Below, in pieces: positions 1 to 9,514 of a stretch of DNA of 64,000 nt. The DNA is from an uncultured Acidobacteriota bacterium (lineage in GTDB: Bacteria; Acidobacteriota; UBA6911). The translations under genes were made by a program, and so were the position numbers. A model generated the notes under the pieces. The model did no database searches, was not told the origin of the DNA, and saw nothing but the letters and a program-made list of their open reading frames with translations. Each line of letters begins with the position of its first letter. The stretch's first letter is position 1. The stretch lies in assembly GCA_963809485.1 (NCBI GenBank), contig CAWEJX010000006.1, positions 288,001-352,000 of the forward strand. The letters are read 5' to 3'.

Positions 1-411
1 TAGATGAGCAGTCCGGCGTCGGCGAAGCTGAAGTAGTCGGTTTCCCCGATTATGATGTGGTCGAGCACCCGGATGCCGAGGATCTTTGAGGCCTCGACCC
101 GGCGGTTCGTGCATTCGCGGTCTTCCCGGGATGGCGCCGGATCTCCGGAAGGATGGTTATGCAGGAATACGACCGCCGCCGAGTTGTCCAGAATTGCAGG
201 TTTCCAAAATCTCGCGAGGTTGGACAACCGAGGTGGACAGGCTTCCAATGCTGGCCGTATGGTAGCCAATGGTTCTGTTCTTGCTGTCAAGCTTTATCAT
301 GCAGAAATGCTCGCGGGAGTTCCGGAATTTCGGATACTTCGTGAAGGTATCCTCCGACTCCCTCATGAGCATGATCCTGCAACGAGGGAGAATGTTCTCG
401 AATCTGCTCAT
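1..411 (-). pseudogene. radC: RadC/JAB-domain protein, frameshifted near 205, 3' end at window edge
   Basis: N-part REHFCMIKLDSKNRTIGYHTASIGSLSTSVVQPREIL (ORF 157..444) continues in another frame as KPAILDNSAAVVFLHNHPSGDPAPSREDRECT...GIRVLDHIIIGETDYFSFADAGLL; HNHPSG and LDH are RadC motifs. Confidence 0.9.
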
Positions 412-477
412 GCGGGGTAGCTTCTCCGCGGTTTCGCGGCACACCCGTGCCGCCGGTTCGTCCGAAGGTCCCGCGAG

Positions 478-771
478 TCAATCGCCTGATTTGGATTGTC
501 TCCGAACCGGAATAGCGATGGGCGCGCCCGTGAGCGATCCCTTGCGGGCCTGCGACCGGTACCAGGCGGCGTGGCTGTCCTTGAACGCAGACTTGGGGAA
601 CTCGGCCTTGACGGCCGCGATAAGCTCGTCGTTGGTGACGGCGTTGTTCCTCGTGATGGCCTCGATGACCTCCTGCTTGATGGTGCGCTTCGCCCGGGTT
701 TCCGCAATCGCGGAACGCCCCGGTTTTGCCTGCGCCTGTTTCTTCGTCTTCTGCCGCTGTTTGCCTTTTAT
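478..771 (-). CDS. small basic hypothetical protein (97 aa) with ATA in the start position; absent from the ORF track
   Basis: GAAAGGAAAACC RBS-like sequence followed by ATA-AAA-GGC..., open to TGA at 478-480; KGKQRQKTKK...AWYRSQARKG. Confidence 0.5.
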   Translation of the reverse strand: MKGKQRQKTKKQAQAKPGRSAIAETRAKRTIKQEVIEAITRNNAVTNDELIAAVKAEFPKSAFKDSHAAWYRSQARKGSLTGAPIAIPVRRQSKSGD

Positions 772-929
772 GGTTTTCCTTTCAGATCGATGCGGGAGCT
801 TGATTGCCCCCCTGGCACCCTATATGTCGGGGCCGGCAAGCAATTCCCAGAGGGATATCTCGAGGAATTCGGGAGGGCGCGAAATGCCCGACAAACGGCG
901 GATACCGGCCATGCGCGCCCATACCCGTA

Positions 930-1232
930 ATGATGGTCATACCGGGATCGCTGGCCACCAAGTGGCAGCGGATCAATCCCTGGATCCCGGCCGACGGCGC
1001 GGCCCCGACGATCTGCGGCACGGCGACGGGATACGAGCTCAGGGAGGCTGCGCTCCGGCCGGCGCTGCAGATGTACCGCGTCCTGACCGGCCAGGAGAGG
1101 AAGAGGCACTTCGGGCTGATCAGCCTGGACCCGGACAGGCCGTCCCCGACCGTCCCGAAGAGCATGGGCGGCTCCACGACGGGCCCCGGGATAAAGGCCT
1201 GGATCGACCTCGAGCAAGGGGAGGGCAAATGA
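930..1232 (+). CDS. phage-region hypothetical protein or gene fragment
   Basis: GC3-rich codons; stop overlaps the endolysin ATG (ATGA at 1229-1232). Confidence 0.45.
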   Translation: MMVIPGSLATKWQRINPWIPADGAAPTICGTATGYELREAALRPALQMYRVLTGQERKRHFGLISLDPDRPSPTVPKSMGGSTTGPGIKAWIDLEQGEGK

Positions 1233-1565
1233 GGCATTTCCGCCTGGAGGAGCTCGATTCGCCCTACGCGCCGGGCAGCGGCGCCGGGATGGATCGGCAT
1301 TTCCTGGAGCTCGTCGACAGGATCCGGGAGGACGCCGGGATCCCGGTCGTCATAACCAGCGAGTACAGGACGGTCGGGCACAACGCCGAACTCGGCCCAT
1401 CTGAGCGGCCGGGCGGCCGATATCCGGGCGCTTGCCGGACGGGACAAGTGGCTGATCGTGGCAGCGGCGATTCGAACCGGAATCCGTCGCATAGGGATTG
1501 GCAGGAATTTTATCCATGTCGACAACGATGCTTCATTGCCCAATCCGTCGATCTGGCTTTACTGA
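1229..1565 (+). pseudogene. Peptidase M15A-family endolysin, frameshifted by a short deletion near 1391
   Basis: MRHFRLEELDSP...ITSEYRTVGHNAELG then, in another frame, SAHLSGRAADIR...GIRRIGIGRNFIHVDND...IWLY*; SxHxxGxAxD and FIHVD are M15 Zn-binding motifs. Confidence 0.85.
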
Positions 1566-1749
1566 ATGTCCCAAAACAGGGGTATCAGGATAAGCGCGAT
1601 GCCGGGATCGTTGCCCTGGGTGGCGCACGGCGCAAGTTTCCATCGTTGATCCGATGGATGCCAGGCTAAATGGCGTAAGGCCGACAAAACAGATCCAGGG
1701 GGAACCGCCAGTGATATGCAAACGCGGGAGGTTCCCCCTGGTTTTTGCT

Positions 1750-2232
1750 TTATTCCACCCGCACCCATCTAAAAGTGACCGGGTTGGCGATGGGACCGGC
1801 CTTATTGGCCTTTTGTGTCGCGAGAATCGTGTTTCCCTCGGCTTTGAAATCCCAGGTGGTGAATGAATCCGGCTCAAGCGGATTCTTCGCTAGGATGGGA
1901 TGAAATGTAAAGGTTGTTCCTTTGACCTCATAGGTTCCGATGACGGCCGTAAACGGTGTCCATGTGGCCACTTTTTGTGCATCGGTGGCTTCTTTTTGCG
2001 GTAGGTCCGGGCGAGGTTTGTCTCCACTGATCGCCACGATGCTGAAATGCTTTTTGGTGAAGATGATAAAACCAGGCTGCGGATTCGTGATTGTGCGAGC
2101 ATTCGGACCCGTTGAAGTGATTTCCGTGGTTTTCCATACTCCTTCCAACTTGCCTTGGGCCGCTGCGGATTGAACCGTCAGGAGGACAGCCAGAGCAGCC
2201 ATGCAGGCAACAACTACAAGAGACTTTTTCAT
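1750..2232 (-). CDS. secreted lipocalin-like domain protein
   Basis: signal peptide, KLEGVWK, GTYEVKG, WVRVE; GAGGAGG-type RBS. Confidence 0.7.
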   Translation of the reverse strand: MKKSLVVVACMAALAVLLTVQSAAAQGKLEGVWKTTEITSTGPNARTITNPQPGFIIFTKKHFSIVAISGDKPRPDLPQKEATDAQKVATWTPFTAVIGTYEVKGTTFTFHPILAKNPLEPDSFTTWDFKAEGNTILATQKANKAGPIANPVTFRWVRVE

Positions 2233-2420
2233 GCAAACCTCCTCTCCTTCTGATAGGCGCTCACATCATGAGTAAGAAAAAACCGACAAAAGAAATTCGA
2301 TCCTGCTGAAGCTTCCTGGAGGTCGCCAGATCCGGCAGGACTCAGCAGTAGTGGGTAACGGCCTCGTCGCGCAACGCTGCTCTTTTTGCTTTTAGCCTAC
2401 CATATTCGCGGCTGGAGATA

Positions 2421-2804
2421 TTGTCAACATGCAGATGGGATCACGGCTCCCAGGATATTACGGAGGGCAAATCCGATGGCACACGCGCTTTTCAGAGTTT
2501 TCCTGCACATAATCGCCTCCCCATTCGTGGCGACGCGGTTTTTTTCGCCCTGCGCTACTGGGGGATGCGCAACCGCAAAGTTGGCATCTTCATTTCGGGA
2601 CGGCGTACGCACCTTATAACCTTGTCGGCTCTGGTCACGCTCTTTTTGATGACGTTGCGGGAGCCGATCGACGCGGCCTTCGGCTGGCAGGTCTGGTGGA
2701 AGGGCCCGATCGACCAGGTTTCCTGGATCGTCGGGACGGGCCTGTGGGCCTGGGGCGCCTGCCGGATGCTGGCGACCAGGGAGGACCTATGGGATCGGCT
2801 GTGA
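2421..2804 (+). CDS. phage membrane protein (start uncertain)
   Basis: hydrophobic segments; stop overlaps the next GTG start. Confidence 0.45.
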   Translation: MSTCRWDHGSQDITEGKSDGTRAFQSFPAHNRLPIRGDAVFFALRYWGMRNRKVGIFISGRRTHLITLSALVTLFLMTLREPIDAAFGWQVWWKGPIDQVSWIVGTGLWAWGACRMLATREDLWDRL

Positions 2805-3148
2805 AGCTCTGGGTCGCCTACATCGTCGGCGCCCTCGGGAGTCTGGCGTGGAAGTACGGGCGCTATATCCGCGCCGCGAAGAGGGCCGGGGTCCCCGTCA
2901 GGACGGCGACCGCCGAATGGTTCTTCGAGGCCAGCGCCGAGAACGCCTTCTCCTGGGTCACCACGGTCGGCTTCGTCTGGTGCGTCGGCGTCATGTACAT
3001 CGATCGGCTGGACCTTTTCTTGACGGGTTGGCTGGGAAAGGTCCCGCCGCATCCGGCCTTCGCCCTGTTCCTGGGCTCGATCAATGAGTTCATCGCCCCC
3101 AATGCGGTCAAATGGGTCGTGAACAAAATCGGCGGAGGACAGGCATGA
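2801..3148 (+). CDS. putative holin-like multi-TM phage protein
   Basis: 115 aa with about 3 hydrophobic helices, in a lysis-gene context, translationally coupled to neighbours. Confidence 0.5.
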   Translation: MKLWVAYIVGALGSLAWKYGRYIRAAKRAGVPVRTATAEWFFEASAENAFSWVTTVGFVWCVGVMYIDRLDLFLTGWLGKVPPHPAFALFLGSINEFIAPNAVKWVVNKIGGGQA

Positions 3149-3549
3149 CGGCTTTTCTTCTGCACCTCTGGAAAAACGCTTTCGTCAGGAAGGCGCTTGT
3201 CTATGTCGCTATTTCGCTTGCCTTTCTTTATGCGTTTAGGATCTGGCTTAACAAGCATGACGATCAGGTTTACCGGCAGGGCAAAATCGCCGCTTCGGCG
3301 GAAATCCAAAGACAGAAAGAAGCCGAGTGGAAAGCCCGGGAAGCCGAGCTTGAAACCCGGGCGCGCGGGCTCGAGGAAGCCCGGGCGCGGATCGAAATCG
3401 ACAGGTTGAATCTCCACAGGAGTCTGGACAATGCGCTCAATTCCCTATCCGCGGCGAAGAACCGCGATTTCACGGCTGCTGCCGCTGTTCCTGCTGATCG
3501 GCTCGACGACGCTCTTCGCGCAGTCTCCCGGGAGCTCGCCCCTAAATAG
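3145..3549 (+). CDS. Rz-like i-spanin candidate
   Basis: single N-terminal TM followed by an Ala/Glu/Arg-rich coiled coil; overlapped by a second ORF in another frame. Confidence 0.55.
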   Translation: MTAFLLHLWKNAFVRKALVYVAISLAFLYAFRIWLNKHDDQVYRQGKIAASAEIQRQKEAEWKAREAELETRARGLEEARARIEIDRLNLHRSLDNALNSLSAAKNRDFTAAAAVPADRLDDALRAVSRELAPK

Positions 3550-3829
3550 CGAGGAGAAGCGGCAGATCCTCGTGCAGCTGCTCTAACTGAAATCCTGCAG
3601 GGCCGAGGTCTCCGCCTACGGGGACCACATCCGGAGGGAGAGGCAGCTTGCCGATCGCGCGCTGGGACTCGAGCGGCAGGCGACGGCGCTGGCCGGGAAG
3701 GAGCGCGACCTGGCGCTGGAGAAAGCCGCCATGTACGAGCAGCTCTACAATTCCGTCAAACCCAGGAAAACCACCTTCGGCTGCGTCCTGAAGACGATCT
3801 TCAGCGCGGGCCTCTACCGCTGCAAATGA
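3431..3829 (+). pseudogene. overlapping secreted coiled-coil protein (Rz1-position gene) with premature TAA at 3584-3586
   Basis: MRSIPYPRRRTAISRLLPLFLLIGSTTLFAQS...VQLL*LKSCRAEV...GLYRCK*; frame continues and its stop overlaps the next ATG. Confidence 0.6.
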
Positions 3830-4389
3830 AACCCGTCCTGACGATATGCTGGTTCCTGCTGTGGGCTCTCACGTTGCAGGCGGCCGACGTGTCCCTGTCG
3901 TGGGACCCGAGCGTCTCGCCGGGCGTCACCAAGGACAGGATCTATCGCGGCAATTCCTCGCGCTCCTATTCCGCCTACGACCACCTGGGCAACGTGACGA
4001 CTCATACCGTCATCGGCCTGGCGCCCGGGACCTGGTACTTCGCGGCGACGGCCCTGGATGCTGACGGCAACGAATCGGGCTATTCGAACGAGGTTCAGGC
4101 GACCATAGCCGATGAGTTCCGGATCACGAGCATGTCGGCGTCGATGCGGTGGTTCGGCGTCGTGCTGCTCTGCACGACTTCGGGCAACGCGAGCGCCATC
4201 CTGAGATACATGGATCTGCAGACGGGCGAGAAGCAGACGGTTATGGCGACGCCGACGGCCGCCAGGGCGCAGCACCGGGCCGTGCTTTACCTCACGATGG
4301 GGCGGACCAACTACCACAAATACGAATGGACCGTGACGAACGCGGCCGGGGCAGTGGCCGTCATGGAAGGCACTTTCCAGACAAAATGA
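3826..4389 (+). CDS. secreted fibronectin type III domain protein
   Basis: signal peptide; VSLSWDPS...GLAPGTWYFAATALDADGNESGYSNEV FN3 signature. Confidence 0.8.
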   Translation: MKPVLTICWFLLWALTLQAADVSLSWDPSVSPGVTKDRIYRGNSSRSYSAYDHLGNVTTHTVIGLAPGTWYFAATALDADGNESGYSNEVQATIADEFRITSMSASMRWFGVVLLCTTSGNASAILRYMDLQTGEKQTVMATPTAARAQHRAVLYLTMGRTNYHKYEWTVTNAAGAVAVMEGTFQTK

Positions 4390-4844
4390 CTCTTGAGCTT
4401 GAAATAAAGGCCACGGAGGGCGACGCCTGGTTTTTCCTGCTTGCCGTCGATCCGCGCCGCGGCCGGATAAAATTCACCAATGCAGCATTCAGCGACCGCA
4501 CGGCCGTCAAAGGAGACATCATGGCATTGATTCTAACGAACAGCCAGGAATTGGATCTCGCGGTCCAGCCCCTGGACAAGCGCGGCAAGCCCGCGCAGGT
4601 GGACGGCACCCCCGTATGGTCCTCGTCCGACATGGCGAAAGCCACCGTGGCGCCCGCGGCCGACGGGTTGTCGTGCGTCGCCAAGGCACTCGACAACGGG
4701 ACCGTGCAGATCAGCGTGAGCGCCGACGCCGATCTCGGCGACGGGATCCGCGCGCTTACCTGCACGCTCGACCTCGAGATCGTGAGTGGAGAGGCAGTGA
4801 GGCTCGGCATTATCGCCGGGACGCCGCGCGAGCAGGCGCTCTAG
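4386..4844 (+). CDS. Ig-like (Big_2-type) domain phage protein; alternative start at 4521
   Basis: PVWSSSDMAKATV...GTVQISVS; AAGGAG RBS before ATG 4521. Confidence 0.6.
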   Translation: MTLELEIKATEGDAWFFLLAVDPRRGRIKFTNAAFSDRTAVKGDIMALILTNSQELDLAVQPLDKRGKPAQVDGTPVWSSSDMAKATVAPAADGLSCVAKALDNGTVQISVSADADLGDGIRALTCTLDLEIVSGEAVRLGIIAGTPREQAL

Positions 4845-5263
4845 AGCCCCGCTGATTGTATAATCGCGGATCGATGAACGGACGCCTGCACAACTGACAA
4901 GGCCGACCAGCCGACGAACATCCTCAACACCACCGTGCAACTGGCCGTGAAAGCCTGAAAAGGTAGTTTCCCACAAGCCCGTTTATCGTTCCTTACAATG
5001 AATCGCTGATAATAAAACATTGAAGTGCAGCAACTTGCAGCCCCTTCATCTGCACGATCTCTATTGCTCTGCGTTATCAAATTTCGTTAGAATACCACCA
5101 TCTTCTGAACTGCTTTCCATTGCATTACACCGGCTGTCGACGTAGGGGAGGTTTCCTAATGATCGGCAAAACCCTCATGTGTCACATCCATCGCATGAAT
5201 AAATGCTCCTCATCGGGGCAGCCGAACAATTGCCATATGACAGGCCAATTGAGGGGGTATTCG

Positions 5264-6106
5264 ATGATAGAGGGAACAATTACCCGTCGTAGCGTCTTGT
5301 CCCTGTTGTGCTTATCTCCATTTCTCTATGCCCAGACGTTCGATAAGGAGCGAGTATGGCAGGACTTTCTTGACTGGCTGAAGAATGGATCGATAAGCAA
5401 CACTTCCAATTGCTCTAGCGTTCTTAAGGAATATCAAAACAAGCTCGCCGCTGACGGTGTCTCAACGATACAGATTGATTCGCGCATGTCTGTGATTAAT
5501 CAATTCTATCTATCCCGAAAGGAAGGAATGGCTCTTTTTTTTGATAGAGTCTACACAACCAGGGAAGACTTTTTTAGCCAAAAGCCCAATCTGTTTTTGG
5601 CGCAGGCAATACAAGGCATTAAACCAGGAACTGCGCTTGATGTATCCATGGGTCAAGGGCGCAATTCAATATACCTTGCCCAACAGGGATGGGAGGTTAC
5701 AGGATTTGACGTTGCAGATGAAGGTCTCTCAATAGCTCGCCGCAATGCGAAGAAGGCGGGCTTGACAATCCAGGCAATTCAATCAGGCTATCAGGAGTTT
5801 GGTTTTGGGAAGAGCCGGTGGGATCTTGTCGCCATGATCTATGCTTTTTTCCCCATTCGCGGTGCGAGCTACATCAGGAAGCTCATAGATTCGATAAAAC
5901 CAGGTGGAGTGATTATTTTTGAGCACTTTTTATCTCCGGATCCGAACGAAGCGGCAGGCATGATAGGCATACCGGCACAGAATGAGTTGCTTAAAATCTT
6001 CTCCGACTTTCATGTGACCCGATTCGAAGAAGTCACAGAAATCGCCGACTGGGGTGCATCGGGCAAACCGGCATCAATTGTGCGCCTATTAGCAAGAAAG
6101 CGCTGA
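5264..6106 (+). CDS. class I SAM-dependent methyltransferase with a twin-arginine-like leader
   Basis: ALDVSMGQGRN motif I, VTGFD, KPGGV; ITRRSVLSLL leader. Confidence 0.85.
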   Translation: MIEGTITRRSVLSLLCLSPFLYAQTFDKERVWQDFLDWLKNGSISNTSNCSSVLKEYQNKLAADGVSTIQIDSRMSVINQFYLSRKEGMALFFDRVYTTREDFFSQKPNLFLAQAIQGIKPGTALDVSMGQGRNSIYLAQQGWEVTGFDVADEGLSIARRNAKKAGLTIQAIQSGYQEFGFGKSRWDLVAMIYAFFPIRGASYIRKLIDSIKPGGVIIFEHFLSPDPNEAAGMIGIPAQNELLKIFSDFHVTRFEEVTEIADWGASGKPASIVRLLARKR

Positions 6107-6164
6107 TAGTTATCGAAATCAAGCCTTATCACAAGGAATCCCGGCGAGAGTGCCCTCTTGATGA

Positions 6165-6186
6165 TTCCGAGCCATAAGTCCCGTTC
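6165..6186. repeat. 22-bp direct repeat TTCCGAGCCATAAGTCCCGTTC, copy 1
   Basis: identical to 6750-6771. Confidence 0.9.
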
Positions 6187-6267
6187 GCGGAAGTATTCCG
6201 CAGAAACGCGGATGATTTCCAGGTCGGCGGCATCATCTTCATTTTGGCATCTCGACGGTTTTTGGCG

Positions 6268-6606
6268 TCAGGCCGATGCTCGAACTACTAGCTCGACTAA
6301 TACACCAAAGGCAAACATTGCCGCGATGCCGCCTATGAGCAGGGGCAGCACCATCAGAATCGACTGCTCACCTTTCCTTTTGATCGCAACTGTCGCCACA
6401 ACTGCAGCTGCGAGAGCTGACCCGCCTGCTGACGCAAGAGTGCATCCCAAGATAACGTCGTTTCTCGTCATCGACAGCATGACGAATAGCAGAATCATCA
6501 GGGCGACAAAACCGCCAACCAGCCCCAGCGACCAATTGCCGAGAGAGGTACTCGGCCGACCCCATCGCCGGGGAAACGTTGCGAAATTGCGGAGATCGTC
6601 CGTCAT
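6268..6606 (-). CDS. small 3-TM membrane protein
   Basis: three hydrophobic helices, GGAGG RBS. Confidence 0.65.
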   Translation of the reverse strand: MTDDLRNFATFPRRWGRPSTSLGNWSLGLVGGFVALMILLFVMLSMTRNDVILGCTLASAGGSALAAAVVATVAIKRKGEQSILMVLPLLIGGIAAMFAFGVLVELVVRASA

Positions 6607-6749
6607 AACGCACCTCCGATGTTTATGAATCGAGTTGGTGAGGCTATGTAGGATGATAGCTGGTCGAACAACAATCTTACATCTAAAAGTGGTGAGCAGT
6701 GCTCAGTTTTGCCAATGGAAGCATCCTTGGGGGGCGCGGTTCAGAACAG

Positions 6750-6838
6750 TTCCGAGCCATAAGTCCCGTTCCGTTACCTAACCCGACTCGGATCCGCAGA
6801 ACATGCCCAGAAGTCGTAGAACGTAACGCTGCTGACTT
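6750..6838. repeat. CCATAAGTC...GACTT hairpin element, copy 2
   Basis: 22-bp repeat plus AAGTC/GACTT and CGTTAC/GTAACG inverted arms. Confidence 0.7.
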
Positions 6839-6959
6839 TTCAGATTCCGCTCTAGCATGCTGACTGGATAATCCTGCTGGCAGACAGGAAGGGCGGCTTA
6901 GCTGATGGAAAGGTGTTCGCCGGGGTGCTGGATCATCCGGTTGCCGGGTTCCGTCGTGA

Positions 6960-7808
6960 TCATTGGACCGGAATACGGCCAAGAAACGTCATCATCTCCC
7001 TCAGCACAGGCGTCTGACCCTGCTCCTGCAAGTGCAGGAGATGGCCGACACCGCTGATCTGGGCACAATCCACGTAGCTGTAGTTTTGTTTCAGCCAGGC
7101 GATCTCTTCATCCGTCATGACAGCGCCCAGCCTGGCTTCACCCCGAATGAACAAAATGGGACAATGCAGCTCCGCCAGTATCTGTTTCGGGTCGTACCCC
7201 ATGATAAAAGCATCGACATCGTAAAGCAGCTTATCGAAGAAAGTCGGATCAAGCCGCCAGAGGCATCCGGCAAAAAACTGAATCCATGGGCCGGTCACAC
7301 CGGGATAGTTCCGATAGTTGTCCGCCAGGGCCAAGGCCAGTTCTGTTTCAGATTGCGCTGAGCCCTTAAGGTATAACCAAAGACGGTACATCTCCCGGCC
7401 TGAGACGATTATTTTCCTATAGGTGTCCAAGTCCACAGGCGAATCCTCGATGATAAGGGCCTTCACCTTTTCCGGACATCGCGCGGCTACCATGAGCGCG
7501 ATCACGCCACCGACGGAGTGTCCTACAAGAACCGCTCGCGGATTCAGCCGTCTCACGAACTGGACGTTATCTTCGACAAAGTCTTCCAGCCGATATTGTC
7601 CCTCAACCCAGCCTGAAGCGCCATTTCCCCTTAAATCCAACGCATATGTGCGCCACCTTTGAGACAGGCTCGGAATAAGGGAAATATACTCCTGCCAGCA
7701 CCAGGCACCGCCGTGAAGCATGACTAAAGGCTCATTAGTTGACGGAGAGCCATGATCCAGATAGTTTAATTTTACCGTACCTGTGTCGAAGCTCGCTTCC
7801 AATGTCAT
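6960..7808 (-). CDS. alpha/beta fold hydrolase
   Basis: LHGG oxyanion motif, DLRGNG, GHSVGG nucleophile elbow, GVGH. Confidence 0.92.
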   Translation of the reverse strand: MTLEASFDTGTVKLNYLDHGSPSTNEPLVMLHGGAWCWQEYISLIPSLSQRWRTYALDLRGNGASGWVEGQYRLEDFVEDNVQFVRRLNPRAVLVGHSVGGVIALMVAARCPEKVKALIIEDSPVDLDTYRKIIVSGREMYRLWLYLKGSAQSETELALALADNYRNYPGVTGPWIQFFAGCLWRLDPTFFDKLLYDVDAFIMGYDPKQILAELHCPILFIRGEARLGAVMTDEEIAWLKQNYSYVDCAQISGVGHLLHLQEQGQTPVLREMMTFLGRIPVQ

Positions 7809-8038
7809 ATTCCACCCTGTAAATTTGTGTTCCGAAGTGCGCAGCGCTCCTAACGAAGAGCTAGGTCATGAGGGTATCACAGCTATACGGAGGGAGTCTG
7901 CTCGATAGTGTCCTCCGCGTAAACGGCTAATTGGCCTCGGACAAACGACGGGCCAAGAAGCACCGGTTTTTAGCTGCGAACGGACCGATCTGAGGGTGCG
8001 GCTATTCCGTCGCCAGCTCCGCGGATCGACCACGCTGT

Positions 8039-8130
8039 CCATAAGTCCTAGGTTTTATCGGAAGCGCACTCACGGCACAAAATAACCTAGCTCCAGCCAC
8101 GATTCGCGTGCGCTTTCGATAAAACGACTT
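8039..8130. repeat. CCATAAGTC...GACTT hairpin element, copy 3
   Basis: GTTTTATCGGAAGCGCAC (8052-8069) pairs with GTGCGCTTTCGATAAAAC (8108-8125), flanked by AAGTC/GACTT. Confidence 0.7.
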
Positions 8131-8647
8131 GAAGTCCGGATGTGGGGAATTGCGCCAATTTGTATAAGGCCTGTTGAATCGCGGAAACTCCTAAAAATCC
8201 GGCGGATCTCTTGTGAGTTTTAAGCCAGCTTCGGCTCAGCGGTTGATCGGCAAAGCGCTACTGAACCTGGCGACGCAGATCATGCGCTCGAAGCTCCCGG
8301 CGGAGAAGGCCGACCTGCCGGCCAACTTCCTCAACACCGCCGTCCAGCTCGCCGTCAACGTGATCAAGGCTTAAAAGCAAATCCAGTAACATAAGAATTC
8401 AGGATCAACATAAAAATGTGCAAGCCAGCACTGGGCTAGAGTTCATAACAGCCTTTCTGAACTGAACTGTCCCGGGGTTTGGGTCAGTAAGGATATACGG
8501 CTGAGTCTCTTCCCAATGCCGCTTCAATTTGGACAAGCCTGGACTGAAATCCGGATCCGCCAAAATAACCCTTGGCGCCGAGATTTGCATGAGGCCTATC
8601 CCGATACTCCAGGCAGTTGAATAATGGAGGCTTTTTGATCCGCCAGC

Positions 8648-9137
8648 TCATTCGGCTGCGAAGAAGAAGATGCCGTCAAGACTCACCGTCCGCGTGTCGG
8701 GAGTACGGTCGCGGTTCCAAAGCTCCACATTGCCACCGCGCCGGATCATGACTACGGCCATGCCGAAACCCGACGACTGCAGGAACTCCAGATCGTTCTC
8801 CGGCCTGTATCCTTGCGGAAGCGTGCCGAAAACATCGAAGCGGTTCAGATCGTTCCGTTTGTGCACACTTCCGCGCAGATATACGATCCCCTCTTGCTTC
8901 ATATATTGAACCGGCTGTACGTTCGGATAGCTTCCGGCATCGCGCTGGTTGATGAATCCCTCCGCGAACGGAAATGACCTCCAGGTCGGCATCGGCTTTA
9001 CGGCAACCTCCCGTTGCGGGTTTGCGGCGCGTATGCCCTGCCTGGGACGAGGCGTTCTCCAGTGAAAGCATCGCGGTCGCGCACATGGCAAAAGCCGCCG
9101 TGATGCATATCATTACCCTTGAGTTGGGCACTTTCAT
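8648..9137 (-). pseudogene. secreted protein with a phage tail-fibre-like C-terminal domain, frameshift near 9040
   Basis: signal peptide in one frame; IVYLRGSV...FGTLPQGYRP...VSLDGIFF in another. Confidence 0.55.
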
Positions 9138-9274
9138 TGCGATCCTCCTGTGAACGGCGAATTGACGAAGCGGCCGGGCGGAACAAGCTGCATATCGCTT
9201 TGGAAACCGGCACAGCCAATTTCTAATGATTTCAATTTATGTCAGCCACCGGCCGCCCTGCACACGTCTCGATT

Positions 9275-9496
9275 TTAATGAATGGCGCGCCTCAGCCCAT
9301 AACCGTAAAAATGCCGGTTGGCTTCATGCCTCATCGTGGGCTGCTTTCCATACGGCCCGTCGATTACCCATCCTTCCCATGTCAAATCCGAAAGGGCCGA
9401 CTGCCGATCCGCCCACTTCCGATCGCAATCATGGGAATTGCCTGTAACCAAATGCCAGTACCCCCCATAAAAATCGAGCCACGCGTATTGGCACAC
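9275..9496 (-). CDS. hypothetical protein (73 aa)
   Basis: protein-like composition; lies directly downstream of the S74-type gene on the same strand. Confidence 0.45.
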   Translation of the reverse strand: MCQYAWLDFYGGYWHLVTGNSHDCDRKWADRQSALSDLTWEGWVIDGPYGKQPTMRHEANRHFYGYGLRRAIH

Positions 9497-9514
9497 TGGA
9501 TCCTCCGAATGGAT

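Noticed and set aside
269-1669. 466-aa ORF as a real gene
   Set aside because: It is an antisense/shadow frame that runs into the first half of the endolysin at 1229
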